Assembly: GCA_030704615.1 (NCBI GenBank)
Contig: CM060733.1
Location: 30,442,001 to 30,506,000, forward strand
Reading direction: 5' to 3'
Length of the DNA stretch: 64,000 nt
Source of the DNA: Takakia lepidozioides
Lineage: Eukaryota; Plantae; Bryophyta
The stretch's first letter is position 1; every line of letters begins with the position of its first letter. Positions 1 to 13,419 of this stretch are shown here, in pieces. Made by a program: the position numbers and the translations under genes. The notes beneath the pieces are model-generated. The model was not told where the DNA came from, ran no database searches, and was given only the letters and a program-made list of their open reading frames with translations.

Positions 1-2153
1 GCATGGTTATTCAAAGTCTTCACATTTCTTTTCTTCCTAGGCTTTGACTTAGGAAGTGACACTCCAACCACCTCAGAAATATCTTCCAAGTCGGAAGAAA
101 GAGGAGTGGCTGGAGATCGCTTTGACCCCTTTTTCTTGGGCTTAGGAAGCTGAGGGAGTTCGGGCAATTCAGTAAGATTTGCTTCCATATCATGGTGGAC
201 AGAAGTGGTTACAACTCTTAGAGAGCCTCTCGGGGGCAGAAGCAGGATAGTGCGCCGCTCCAGTAGGTTGAGACTCCAAAACAAAAAGGGCTGGGACCCT
301 TCTTACAATGCTTCTTAACAGGTTCTGCAATAATTTCATCAAAATTATCACCATCTTCAACAGAACGGGTCCCATTTTGAATGGTTTGAAGCAAAATGAC
401 CTCCTAGCAAACATGGGCTCAGATTGCCGCTCAGAGGCAGGAGCGGCAAAGGCTGTCTTTTTTTTAGGTTTGAAGTTACCACTGGATTTTGTACTGCCTA
501 GTTGGTAGGTACCATTGCCACTATCACGAGACTAACACTGTTGCTAGCATGGTAACCGCGTAGGATTTAGTGCTAGTTACCACCTATAAATATGAACACA
601 GTGAAAAAAAAACTATCGTTGCAACCACCCTCGTGCCACTCAGTTACCAATAGGTGTGCACGGTCCCTTAGTTATGAAACTCGAATAAGTCTTTCCTCAT
701 AGCAAACTCATCCATATATAAGTTATGTCTATTATCATTTATCCTAATTTTTCTTAAGATAATTTTTGGACTGAAGCATGGTACAAGCCGTTGAAGTACA
801 AAGAACCAAACTTGAGCCCCTCAAATAAGGCGGAATTTGAGTAATGATTATATATTACAATTGTTATTAAGGCAACTTCCCAATCTTTTGTACCTTGATA
901 ATTACATCTTATTATTGTTATTAAGGTATAACAAGCCAACTCCCCTATCTTAATTTGAAAAGCTATTGGTTGAGGATAAGTTTGAAGTTTCCAAAGCTGT
1001 ATGTGTGAAGTCGCACTGGAAAAGTCAGTTTAGCAGAATGTAATTGTAAGTAAACCCTCCCATTCTTTCAAACTAAAATGTTGCAGCGATCTGACTAGAT
1101 CAAGGTACCTACTCATGAACAGAAGACATCCCTTGTAATATGATAGTTTGCAGTGCAAATTTGGAAGTGCAACTCTTCGAAGTTTGACTTAGAGATCAGT
1201 GAGACTACTGCTTTCCTGCTTTTCTGAAATAATCAGGTTGCGTAAAGTCATCTATGTCTTGCACGTGGTCACTGTACAGTCCAAGTCAATTTGTTTCCTC
1301 ACCAACCTATCAGATCTGAAAAACAGTTTGTCAGTCAATCATATACTTGAAGTGATGTAAAAACAGATGCACTGAGGTAGTTTCTTGAAGGGGGGAAGTG
1401 TTTGAAAATATATAGACAAGAGTTCTTTAGTAAGCATTGTTAATATTGTTAGAATTATCGGACCTTCCTGCAGCGCACCGTCCGGCTAATTAAGCGAACT
1501 TTAGTGATGTCCACATGATCACCGACTCTATAGGAGCACAATTATTGACTACGTAGGAGTAGTTGGTATTCTTTGGCTCTTCTACTTAATTGAGCCCTTT
1601 ACATTTAGTAGGCTTAGCGGTGCCACTTGTGTACATATTGCTGGCCTTACTCTGGCAGTATAGTTCTTGTATTCCGGTTCTAGATCCTTGGCTGTATAGT
1701 GCTCTTCATTTTTATCAAATATGTTACAAATGTATGTACATATAGGATCCATAGTGCGAACGATTGTTCGCAGCACAGAAGCTGTTCAGCCCTGAATTGA
1801 CCCAACCTTCAACAGATCCATTTGTCATGGTATGCTATAACCAGGCTGATCGCGGGTGGGCTCAATCCTGCAATGTTCCAATCATCCTCTTCTGGGGCTC
1901 TGCGTGCAGCAGTAGCCTCTGTAAATTCGTTTTGACCGTTTACCCTTTTGGATCATAAATTATGGTGGCTCGATATGCATCGAGATCACTTTTTCCCAAT
2001 GAGGGAAATGCTATGCCTATCTAGAATGATGTGGGCAAGAGGGCCCGTGTAAATAAGAGCCTCAGAAGGCGACTCTTACACTCATCTTGAGGGCAGGGCC
2101 TCCTCTAATCTAGCAATTCTGCAAGTATTCAGTGGAGGGCTTGCAACTTGTCC

Positions 2154-4370
2154 TCAGTGCTGTTTGCTCCTTGGTCGCCAGCAGGTACGCCCTCGGACGA
2201 TTTCGGCATTCTCTCCCTGAGTGCGAAGTAAATGAGTAAACTGGCTACAAGTCTCCACCGCCATTACAGACCTTCCGAGCTCGGACGTGAAAGCCTCGTT
2301 TGCGTGACTTCCTTTCATGTTCAAATGCTCTCCAGTGCTAGCATTTCCGTTTGTGTTAGCATCCGCAGTTTGTGGCGCAGTGTCTGTTGCCTCGGGTCTT
2401 GTGAGGGACTCCACAACATCAGAGCTGGTGCATTCCCGTCGATATTCCAGAGTTAGGCTAGTCAGCTCGTGAGTCTCAAACTTTCCTGGTGGAACACTCT
2501 GCAACATTAACCCCGTTGGAACTTTAGCATCTTGACATACCTATCATCTTTGGGACCAGTGAAAGACCAAATCCAAGGACGAATTATACCACAAAACTTC
2601 CTCCTCGTGGACTCGTTAATTCCAGGAGATTTCTTTTGTTCGTGAATTGTACCTGTAGTACCCAGCTGATGTACTTGAGGTTGCTCACATGCTGATTTAC
2701 GTCCACATCTCCTCTGCTAGACTGCAGCCCAACAAATGCACCATAAGAGCCGTGTTCAATGTACATACACACAAACATTTGCCTAGTCTAAAGAGATGGC
2801 CGTCTAAATATCTCCATGCGATCGAGTTCAAAGTCAGTTCAGCTAGAAAGGCAAGGACAGTTCCGTGAGTTCTGAGTGTCTATCAATGAGAGGCTATGAC
2901 GCTCCCAGTGCTAGGTAAATTATGTCAACTTACAGTGAGGTTAGAGCTTGTGAAGTCGGCTGTCTCATCAGTCAGTGGCAAACTTGGGACAGAGGAAAGC
3001 CGAGCGGTTTTCAATGAAGCATGGTTCAATCTCGGCTCTAACTTCGTCAGGAATCTTGGAGAGGCGTCGGGTGTCTTCGTTCATCATCACCCATGTGCTG
3101 CACAATCCATTACCAAACAGCAAAATATGAGTCGAGATCAAATTAATAGACAGCTTGAATCACATTTAAACAATCTCAGTTAACACTTTAATATACAGTA
3201 TATGAAAATTTTGTTTGAATCCACTTCAAACCCTGAAGTAGCTGAGTTGCAGAAGTAAAGAACCGCCTTGAAGGCAGAATACGTAGATAAGATTCACTTG
3301 GTAATAATGTGTCAATGTGAATCATCAGTGTACGAGCACCAGATCCGTGATGATGTACCTGGTTCCACGAGCGAGGACCTCGCCGGTTTGATAGCTCCGC
3401 ATCACCCAGTCGCGTCGCATTCCATTCTTGCCAGCGCTCGTAACCCAGGTGTCTATCTCCACTTCTTCAGGCCTGCACAACAATCATATAGTAGCAGAAA
3501 GCTTAGTTCACATTTCCAAGCCACTCCTTCTCCTGTAAGGTGAATCAAGCTGCAACAGCGCAATATCCAGAGGCGCGAACTCCAGGATTGCGAAAGCCAA
3601 TCATGCTTCATGCTAAGCAAATGTAAGCTAACCAGGCAGGGTACCGCTCGACTTCCACATGCATTTTTGTCACCAGCCAGATTAGCCGGCAACGATTCAT
3701 GGCGCGTGTTGCTCCAAAGCCGTCCCCGCTAATACCTAACAGCGACACGTGACAAACTGCAATTTCCTGCAGATCAACGCTCCAACTATAAGCCACTTTG
3801 ATCCACTTCGAAGGACTCTCACAGAGTGATTTTGAGGTCCAACTCAATTGCTTGTGCAGAGATTTCTATATGGCCTTCTTATAATATTATAGGGGAAGCT
3901 CTAGAGAGTTTCAAAATTGAATTGGAGACTGTACGGAGTCAAGATGTTCGGGAGGTGTATCACAGTCAAGAGTTTCCTGGGCGATTTGTAGGCACTAAGC
4001 AGTCAGAGTGCCCCGTGTGGATGAGTAACTCAGACCTGTGTAGGTTCAATGTAACTATTTTTCATTCGTGAACAAGCGCTCTTCCCTAGTACACCATCGA
4101 AACTCTCTACATGTCAGGAAGAACGAGCGCGGAGAAGTTTATTACTCACTTGAAATAGACTAAAAAGAGTATCAATCGACGTTTCCTTGTAGACGACGAC
4201 TCACGTCAACGGCTTGTGCCTACATAACGGCCCCGCTCTTTTCTTCTCCAAACTCAGGCTTTACAGCAAGCGAGGAGAGTTGAGAGAGCCTAGTAGTAAC
4301 AGCCTTGTCCAGAGGCGGTGTATCCTGATCCTTCTATCAGATACCCAGGGAGCGATTGAGCTACAGTGAA
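2154..4370 (-). pseudogene. Acyl-ACP thioesterase (FatA/FatB family), intron-containing, probably pseudogenised
   Basis: GT-AG exons at 3633-3766 (EIAVCHVSLLGISGDGFGATRAM..LIWLVTKMHVEVERYPAW), 3359-3472 (EIDTWVTSAGKNGMRRDW), 2934-3097 (STWVMMNEDTRRLSKIPDEVRAEIEP), 2653-2721 (DVDVNQHVSNLKYISWVL) and 2154-2498 (LEYRREC..HLLR..EIVRGRTCW). Sizes of 134, 114 and 69 nt are typical of plant FAT genes. The 164-nt exon is out of frame (TGA follows), and the exon ending at 4150 lacks the FxIRSYE motif and has in-frame stops. Confidence 0.85.
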
Positions 4371-5899
4371 TCCGACGAGCTGAATTAGAAGTGAAAGTGG
4401 GATTCAACGGATTTACGAAACTTGAACATTCAGATACTTGACGAGGAAACAGAAATCAACGTTCAAATCATTGAGCCTTATACAGGTGACAAATAGAGAG
4501 CTCAGTACTCAAGCTTCAATTCCAACGCGGCTGATTATCTGCAGTTGATTTTATTGCCAATATGGAGGCTCTATTGAACTCAATGGCTTCGTGGAAATCC
4601 CTTTCTGGAATCACAACATCATTGAGGAAGTTGACTTCCCCAGAAGTCCAACATTCGCTGACATTTTCGGGGACATCGTCATTCTCCTCCAAACAAAAAC
4701 CTCAAAGCATCCATGCAACTCTATTGGAACCTACAGAGCTCAATGAAAATTCCTTGTGGGGATTCGGAAGGCTTTCCGATAACTTGACTTCCGCCCGAAG
4801 CTCCACGGGTAGGCTCGGTACATGGAGCAGTTCTGCTCCTCCTCATGCAGGACGGTCTTCAGGGTTCTCGGCCGCCTTGGGGGAGGTTCTCCAAAGCGCT
4901 AAGCAAAGACTTGCGTTTGCTTGCATTCCTCCCCGGGTCACCACGTCACCACCTTCCAATCCGACCGCGTAAACGCAGGGTCCGTGACAATCGAGCAGGG
5001 GGGAAGCTGGCAGGACCCGGGGAGATGGCGGGGCAGTTGGGGCAGTAATGGCAGGCGTTGACCTGCTGCGGACACTAGTCAACAAACTCGACCTCTTGCG
5101 TCTGCTACTTTCACTTCTTTTTTGTTTTTAATCAAAAGGAGAGGAAGCCGAGTCCGTCCCCTTTCTATTTTGTTTTAAGAGAAAAAATGGGCAGTATATA
5201 ATTAGAGTGTCTCGTATCATGTGATAATATTGAAGAGCGTGCATGCATGCAACATGCACGAGATCGTCAGTTGTACCCTTCACCTCCGATACAAAACAGT
5301 GCATGTGATTGAGAGGTGATTTCATTTCATGCGACTTCCAGACGGTTGACTAGAAAAAAAATGTTGACAATTCATCATAGATCTCAATGGCAGGACCTTA
5401 TTACTGGGTCGTGACATGGAAAACATCTGAAAAAATCTCCAACTCTTCAACGACATAGTCAAATGTGCTCCACTTTTACTACTCTTGGTTCCTGATAATA
5501 TTTACCTGTGAACCTCCATTTTGCATAGCCTCACTATCATACTTGTGTTGCAAGATGTTTTGCATGATGCTGATTGCAATGTGAAAAACAGTCACAGGTG
5601 CAACAAACACATGTCGACCTCAGCTGCTTACAGGATGCAAGTGAGAGGGATGAGGGGGTTATTGGAGGCTGGTCAATACCACTTCACACCACAATTTGTG
5701 TCTCCGTCTTTTTTTGGAAGGAGGAACACGCTTAACATGCCAAAAGAGGCTAAAGAAACAAAGGGGAGCTGCAGGCCCAACCTCAACTCAGCAACAACAC
5801 CAACAAATGCTCAGGGGGCTGCATATGCCAACTAATCAGCTCGGCCCTCACAAGAAGGATGATCCAAATGTAAGCACGAGATGACCAATTACCATGTAA

Positions 5900-6430
5900 A
5901 TGATGACACGACCAGACATAACTTATGTTGTGAACAATGCAGCTAAGTTTTGTGAGCATCCTCAGAAGTCACAAGTGATGGACAGCCATTAAACGTGTGC
6001 TTCGTTACCTAAACGGCACAACGAATTATGGACTTCAGTACGGAGGAAAGAGTTCGAGCATTACTCTGGAAGAATACTGTAATGCCGACTATACAGGGGA
6101 TCTTGATTATCGGCTATCAAGAACTGGCTACGTTTTCGTTATGGGAAATGGTGTTGTTGCCTGGAGTAGTCAAAGCCAAAAATGTACAGCCGTTAGTACT
6201 ACATAGGCAGAGTACATCGCCGCATGCTCTGCAACAAAGGAAGCAATATGGTTGAGGAGACTCTTGGGAAACATTGGAATTCCCAATTCAAGCCTACAGT
6301 GCTTAAGGGAGATAATCAAAGCGCCATCAAGCTTGTGAAGAACCCTGATTTGGGGAGACGGACAAAACATGTGGATGTCCAATATACCATTTCATCAGAG
6401 AAAAGTATTGGATGCAAGAGATCATTGTTG
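5900..6430 (+). mobile_element. Ty1/Copia retrotransposon remnant (RT C-terminus and RNase H)
   Basis: TRPDITYVV, KRVLRYLNGT, YCNADYTGDLDYRLSRTGYVF, WSSQSQKCTAVSTT*AEYIA and DNQSAIKLVKNP..RTKHVDVQY, with stops and frameshifts. Confidence 0.92.
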
Positions 6431-6777
6431 ATCCTGTTTGTTCCAGTGTCTGAGTATGAGTATTTGATCGTTGTTTTTACATCCACTTGAACACACTGGC
6501 AACTAGTTTTATTCGTCTAGATAGTTATTTCCTTTTGCTGGAATTGTGAACTGCGCTAGGTGGTTTGACGATTGCCACGTGTTCTCCCTCATTTCGAACT
6601 AGTTTTATCTGGCGACGGGGTTTTCTTTCTGTTGTTGCTCATTCTGTTTCAGACTCAATGAAGAGAACGTAACATTGTGAGTACAATGATTGTGTGTCTG
6701 ATTTTACTCTCATATTTGTAATAGTTCAACAGATTCATGAAGTCATTCGTGAATTCATCAAAAACTTCAATGAAACA

Positions 6778-7292
6778 TCAATATATAAAGCGAGGTAGTT
6801 TGTTTTGTTTTACTTTGTAGCGTCGTTGAGATCTCCCAAACCGCGGGACCCAGCCCTGGTGCTTGGTGCCATTGGAAAGCCCTCGATGAGGAGGGGTGCA
6901 CCGGCTTGATCTCATAATTTTTGGACTTATGGTGTGGAAGATATGGAATTTCAAGTACTTTTGGTCGCTGGAAATTCATGAAAATTAGCAAAGTGGGCTT
7001 TCTCCGAGCAATGATTGGCCCTTCATTTGTCTTTAGTGCACGTGGACATAAATGTAAATTCGGCTTTTTAAGTATTGGCAATCACAATATTGTTTGTAGT
7101 GTCGTTGAGATCTCCCAAACCGGGGAGCCTCTGGCCATGATTTTACTACCGTTGGAAAGCCCTCAATGAGTAGGGGTGCACTGACTTGGTCTCATAATTT
7201 TGGACCTGCGGTGTGGAAGATATGGAATTTCAAGTACTTTTGGCCGCTGAAAATTCATAAACTGGAACAATGATGTGGAGATCTCCCAAACT
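6778..7292 (+). repeat. Dispersed repeat with an internal ~280-bp-period duplication and a Helitron-like 5' end
   Basis: A ~165-bp unit (GCGTCGTTGAGATCTCCCAAACC...GAAATTCAT) occurs at ~6817 and ~7096, partially at ~7275, and inverted at 62575-62792. It starts with aTCAAATATATAAAG..GTTTGTTTT. The Helitron assignment is tentative because no clear 3' hairpin-CTAG was found. Confidence 0.55.
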
Positions 7293-7649
7293 GTAGGGTC
7301 TCTGGGGCAGAGCCAGATCTTGGAAGAGGCGGGGGCGGAGATCCGCTTTTCCGCCGTGTCTATAGCAGTGTCTTAGCAGCGCTTTTAACCATTACTTTTA
7401 TTATAGGGTTCCGCCAGTTTTTAGCTATCTCGTCTTTTTAACTCTTCATTTAGGCGCATCCGCTATCCTATCCATGACTACCATATCTGCGGCGAGTTCT
7501 CTTCAGCCGCCATCGCAACCTCACCATTCCCCCCCATCTCTTTGCTAGTTGTATTCTTCTCCCACCTCTCTGTTTGTTACCAAAGCTTTCGCCTCATTAT
7601 GCAGCTCCTGTGAAACTAGTTTAGGAGTGTTTCTCATTATATAAGCTTT

Positions 7650-8585
7650 CTTGCTTATTGCAATACAAATGGAGTTCAAAGATATGTTTGCTCAATACTA
7701 TTCCCTCTAAGGCCTCCAGCACCGAGTACCCGCCCTGCTCACAAGAACTCCCCAGCGGCCTACTCTCGACCAGACGAAGAACTCGACATTATTATCTCAA
7801 AAGTCTCTACAGCTGGCACCAAGACAGCCAGCACACAGCGTGCAATACCCTCACGAGCCGCCAACGACTCCATAGATACGCTCTAGATGCAACACTCTCA
7901 TGCCACCGAGAAAGGGACTCTGCCCACAAGCACTGGTAACCTTCGGCCCCAGGCTCTGTTGATCTTCCTTCTCACTCTCTCCCCCCATTTTTTGTGCTGC
8001 TCCCAACTGTATTGATCCCTTGGGCGAAGCAGAGTTCGACGGTAAGGCATGACCTCCCCGATGACATCATTGAGCAATTCATCCTCGGCACTGCTATGCG
8101 AACAAACCCAGCTCACACTCCCCATGATCACAATAAGAGTTTCTGGAAGTTGTCCGGCTGGCAACCACGCATCATGCCGTACCCCCAACCCTGGCGATCA
8201 ATAGGCTGGCTCGATGGTAACACAGCTCGCACCCTCGCCCATAGCAGCCCGCTACCCACCCCGAACTTTGTGCCGTAGAGCTGGCAAACCATCCCGAACG
8301 TCTCCAGCAAGTATTCCTTCTACACACCCACCACATCTCTCTCCCAATATCACACGGTCAGTTCTGTTCTCCCCACCCCCCACTATAGCAATTCTCTATA
8401 TATCATCCCAATTCTCATACAACCACCTACCCCCTGCTCTACCACCACACACCTCCACATACTACTATCACACAGTACTACCGCAATACACTAGCACACC
8501 CCTGCATATACACGATACTCTCCCGGGAGAGGACCTCCCTGCTGGACCACCACCACACTACTACCTTCCATATTTGAATTCGTGG
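7650..8585 (-). mobile_element. Possible highly decayed LINE fragment (similar composition continues at 9316-9594 and 10448-11159)
   Basis: Strong C/A versus G/T strand skew. The peptide WGERVRRKINRAWGRRLPVLVGRV weakly resembles the post-RT region of plant L1 ORF2. No RT or endonuclease motif was recognised. Confidence 0.3.
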
Positions 8586-8591
8586 TAGTTG

Positions 8592-9315
8592 CAGGGTAGA
8601 ATGGACCAAAAACGGTAGATGACGACGTCCATGGAAGTCCATGACCATCCATAAAATTGACGATATTCAAGTAATTTCAAATGATGATAGACAATGGTAT
8701 ATTTAATACTTTTAGTAAAAGGTCTTATCCCAAACATCAAAGATAAGTTTTATTATAAATTTTAATCTTTAATTTGAATAAAAATTGATAAATCAAAAAT
8801 TAGATTTAACATCGATTTGTCCATATATCACCATGTCATTGTAGATTATATTTTTGTATCCATTTTAGTAAAAGGTACCACCTGGAAAACTAAATAGACA
8901 AAGTATTATGGATTTTCTTAAAAACACGCGTTTTTGGAGTACAAATTAGTCCATAAGGTCTAAATCAGAAATAAGTTTGTCCATGAAAATGCATATTTAG
9001 AAAGTTAACAAAAATGACCCCACCATATGTTATCCTTAGAGCAATTGCCCAATTGTAAAATCCTTTTCTAGAGTCCATAAGTTTCATTATGTTAAATGGA
9101 CAATCAACAGTATTCAATTTCAAAAGTCCATAACTTGGACACACTTTGTCCGTTTTGCATTCTGACAATTGGCGCATGTAACTAATATAGTTGGCAATAT
9201 AAAGCATCTACATTGGTTACAATAGTTTTTTTTTTTTTTTTAAATGAATGGTTCTGTAAACCGCAGTCACTGCAGAATTGACAGTTGGAAGTCCATTTTG
9301 GTCCAGTCTACCCTG
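8592..9315. mobile_element. Non-autonomous TIR element (hAT-like CAGGG termini)
   Basis: Left CAGGGTAGAATGGACCAAAA pairs with right TTTTGGTCCAGTCTACCCTG, around an AT-rich interior. No 8-bp TSD was recognisable. Confidence 0.7.
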
Positions 9316-9594
9316 CTGACACCTACCTCCTCCTATATTAATCTAACTTACAACACTCATTGTTACCTCTGGAACTCCATCTTAACAACTTCCTCCCCTC
9401 CTCTTCTTGCTCAGCCAGTCACGTATACCTTCCTTATGTCTCCCTGCCGTCAGTCACTCCCTCTTGACCTGTACTCACCCCCAAGGTGGCTCTGTGAGCA
9501 AAGCCCGAATTCTGGTCCTAATCTGCTGATTCCTATCAACTGCTCCATGAATTCACTATATAACACTCAATGCCCTCTCCGAGACTTGTTAACA

Positions 9595-10444
9595 CACTAC
9601 AACAGATCGCGGTAGTTATGACTGCCAAACCGTGGTAGTCATGGTTTTCTTGACTTTGATCATGACTGCACCATGTTTTTATATGAAATTGATCTCCCGC
9701 AGTCGTTCATACGACTGTAGTCATATGAATGACTATCTAAGTAGTCGTCTGTATGACTACATGGCTTCGGAATGGGCGGAAGGCTGGTCAACGGCAATTG
9801 ACCAGATTTAGCTCACCATTCATAGTCATTTCCATGACTACAGTGTACATGGATGAGATTACATAGTCATGATGACTACTGGGGATTTTGTAATTTGGTG
9901 TGTATAATACAATTAAAACACCATATGATCACATGAATGACTAATGGGTGTATTGGTTAGCAGGTAGTGAACTATAACTTTTATAGTAAAGAGGTTGCAG
10001 GTTCAAACTCCTCTAAGTACAATCAAATGGATAAGATGGCCCTAGGGTTAGTAGGCGAGCTAGGGATAGCACGTGGTAGCCTAAATAAGCTGTCACGTGG
10101 TTTTTTTCATTATTATAAAATACATTATGCCACGTGGCACAATGCGGTGCGACGCGGCGTCCGACATATGTTTTTTATTTTATTTTTTTTAAAATTAAAT
10201 TAAATTTTAAATCAATTGTGCCTTGCTCCGTGGCGCGGCAGCGGCGACTGCAGTATCATGGTATATATGACTGCAATGAGAGATATCACTTGGTTCATCT
10301 GACTGTAAGCATTTGGACCGTACCATCTTGCACTCATTGTATTCACTTGGTTTGCACGACTTACAGTCATAGAAGTCATATGTACTGTTTATGACTGCAG
10401 AATAATCATATATACAGTCATGAATACCGCGATCTGTTGTAGTG
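9595..10444. mobile_element. Non-autonomous CACTA element
   Basis: TIR CACTACAACAGATCGCGGTA / TACCGCGATCTGTTGTAGTG, a 3-bp TSD ACA on both sides, and many ATGACT/AGTCAT subterminal motifs. Confidence 0.95.
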
Positions 10445-11159
10445 ACATCTACAACTCTCCTCTTCTTCCCTGGCCCACAGCCCTCACACTCATCCTCATC
10501 ATAGCCCATATGCCAGTCGCCATTACCACATCTATAACCTACCCAACACTGCCCTGAACACAACACTCGGAACTACTTACCCCACATGACACAATTATTG
10601 GGGAGTTTGTCTCTCACTACCCAATACCATTGGTACACAACCCCCATATCACATGTAACATAAATGTTATTCGGTCCCACTGCTGCAATAAGGCCTGGAT
10701 ATGGGCATTCTTGAATCCTTCCTACAATGACCACTTCATTATCTTTCACCACAGATACTACACGGACCTACCTCTCCCTAGTCTGACCACAACAGTTCAA
10801 GGGACATATCTAACTCAATTAACCATAACCCTTATCCCTCAAACTGATGCTCACAATATGTACACAGATTACTGAACATTATTCTGACCTCAAGGCTCAG
10901 TGGTCGCAACCTATGCAACCTCTCTGCAAAATACCCACCACCCATTATTTTTACTATATTCCTGCCGGGTCCCACCCCCTTACAATCTAACCCAACCTCA
11001 TGGATGGTCATATCTGCAGAATACGACGGACCCTCTCGCCATACCAAAATTGTCAAAAACAACATCCCAACACCTAACTCAAACTTGTTTGTCATCCCAC
11101 ATTCGTTGCAACCATTCACCATGCAACATACTGACGAGCCTCGCCGAGAACCGCCCACC

Positions 11160-12757
11160 TGTGAGATGTATCGCTAGTCTTAGCAAAGGGTCAGCAGTCG
11201 ACGGAGGGAACTCCTCCCGCTATCTAAACTACCAGCCAACGCAGGGTCCAACTCCCACGCTCGCCGGACAAATCGCTTGTGTGACTTACGGAATCTACTC
11301 TAACTAATTGTCTTCCAAGACTTCTTTATTGCGTTATCACGGCTTCACCCCGGAGCCTGTCAGTTTTCTCGGGAGGTCCCCTCCACTTGGAGTGTCTGCT
11401 TCCGGAAGACTCTACAAAACGTTAAGGGCAAGCCGCTTAGGTTGGGGTTGCTTCACAATCACTCTTCCCCGGATCGCACGTGTGTGCAAAGGGGTCGCCT
11501 ACGTTCCCACTATCCGGAGGGGAGAGCATACCCTAGCCTAGAGAAAAAACGCTTTACCGGACAATATCTCAATTTTCCCCTAATTTCTAGGGCTCCTGGC
11601 TCTTTTCTAGAAATAGATTTCAATAAGGAAAATAAGAAAAATACTATCCTTAGATAGGCTCTTCTAATTAGGAAGTAGAAATAAAAATCCTAGATTTAAT
11701 TACCTCTATTCCTATTTTCTGGTGATTTCCTAAACAGAAAACTGCTTTAAAACTAATTACTTAGGCTGGAAATTCACTAATTCTAGAAAAATAGGCATTA
11801 GGTAGGAAATTATCTAAGCTTTCCAATGACCTATGGCTTAGCCTCTAGATAATCCACCAACCCCTTCTCATTGCCCAAAAACCATTCATATGGTGAGGAA
11901 CAATTGGGAAATTGTCCTATAGGTCAAAACACCCCCCTAGGCCCTTAATAATACCCCCCTAGACCCTAGGTCCCAAGTTCAAACCCCCCTAGAGCTGGAC
12001 GGGTTTTTCATCCAATGGATGAAAATTTGTGTTTTTCATCCACTGTTCATCCCTGCAATTGGATGAAAAAACTGCATTCCTCATCATATATTCATCCACC
12101 GTTCATTAATCTTGTAGATGAAACATTGCTTATTTCATCCGTCCCTCATCCATCCGAAAAAAATCAACTCAATGACACATGTCGGTCGGTCGTCTCACCC
12201 CTATGATCCTTGGTTCAAATTCTATGGACTTTTTTCCCTCTTTCCTTCGTCGAGGTGTCTCGTGTTGCCCCGCAAGGCCGTTTCGGCCCCTAGATGCCTC
12301 ATATGGCTTCCAACCCCTCAAGGAGTCTCCCAAAAATATAATCAAGCCGCTAGAATGGCCTAATCTCTCACCATTCCCTACCCATCAAGTACTATTAACC
12401 AACACAAAGGATTTAATTTTGCCACCCATCTAAACCAGCGACCGCTGGATAATAGCGGATTAAAATTCTATATCTATGGACCGGCGGTTGCCCAGCATGA
12501 CGGGACTGCGCTGTCGAGGCGTGATTGGCCCAGTGTGGGCCAGTCAATGGTCAACGGTTCAACACCCAGCGGTCCTCCGCTGGGACCGTACGTTTAAACT
12601 CAAAAAAAACAAAATTAATGTAGGCCACGCAGCGCGACAACCGAGCTGATCGTGGTTGTGGCAAGCATGACCAGGATTGGACTCTCAAACACTAACGTGC
12701 ACTTTGTCATTTTACCGAATATAGATTACCGTTGAGGAAGCACTCCATTCCCTTACA
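11160..12757. mobile_element. Possible solo LTR-like segment
   Basis: Abrupt composition change starting TGTGAG and a candidate end CTTACA. It is non-coding and has no exact TSD. Confidence 0.3.
11993..12197. repeat. Dense GGATGAA/TTCATCC motif cluster (small MITE-like insert or terminal fragment)
   Basis: About nine motif copies in both orientations within ~160 bp, flanked on both sides by CCCCTA. Confidence 0.6.
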
Positions 12758-12999
12758 GCCATCATCACCAACAAACGCCAACTCAAAGCTAGCCCCTTTA
12801 GAGCACCCTGGGTCCACCTAGGAACTCAGGGGTTCATAGCAGCCCTCCTCTCTCTCTCTCTCTCCTGGTTATCTGGTGTCCCACAGGACACCCTTCCTAG
12901 TATAGGGCCCACCCCCGAGAGGGGGCAGTAGCCGTAAGGCGAAGTGGCTCTTAGTTACGCCGGCTACGGCCGGAGTCTTCTCTCTCTACCATTGTAGAA

Positions 13000-13415
13000 T
13001 AAGAAACATGGATGAATTTGTAGACAATTTCATTCATTTGTTAATGTGCTATGGACATCTAAATATCTCCAAATATACCCAAAATTTCAAAAGTGCATGG
13101 TATTCAATAAATTGCATATTTGGGTAGAACTCTTCGGTAACAATTTAAACATTGTCATTATCTACAAGTTCTTATAACTAGATGGACAAATGTCATATAT
13201 AATTGGGGACCTACAAATTAGCTATTTTTTAAATTATAGAATATTATTTTTAATTAAAAAAATCTACAAATATTTAGGATGGATCCCTTTACTAAAAATA
13301 TTAGGCATATCATTATCTATCAATGTAAAAATATTGAACAAAAAACATAAATGAATTTTTTGCCCATGGACTTTCATGGAGGTCACATCTGTCGTTTTTG
13401 AGCCACCTGATCTTG
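13000..13415 (-). mobile_element. Fragment related to the 8592-9315 TIR element
   Basis: The reverse complement of its right end (CAAGATCAGGTGGCTCAAAAACGACAGATGTGACCTCCATGAAAGTCCATG) aligns by eye to 8592-8643. The interior is AT-rich. Confidence 0.5.
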
Positions 13416-13419
13416 CACT

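Noticed and set aside
1-500. Minus-strand K/P/S-rich coding-like fragment (PKKKGSKRSPATPLSSDLEDISE)
   Set aside because: No recognisable domain, the frame is disrupted, and it runs off the window edge.
4500-5090. Possible N-terminal exon of the FAT gene
   Set aside because: Coding-like on the minus strand but with several in-frame stops and no diagnostic motif; it cannot be linked confidently.
11987-12010. CCCTAGAGCTGGACGGG as the left TIR of the giant element
   Set aside because: No matching inverted copy was found near 41.2 kb or elsewhere, and unrelated TE fragments separate it from the MTase.
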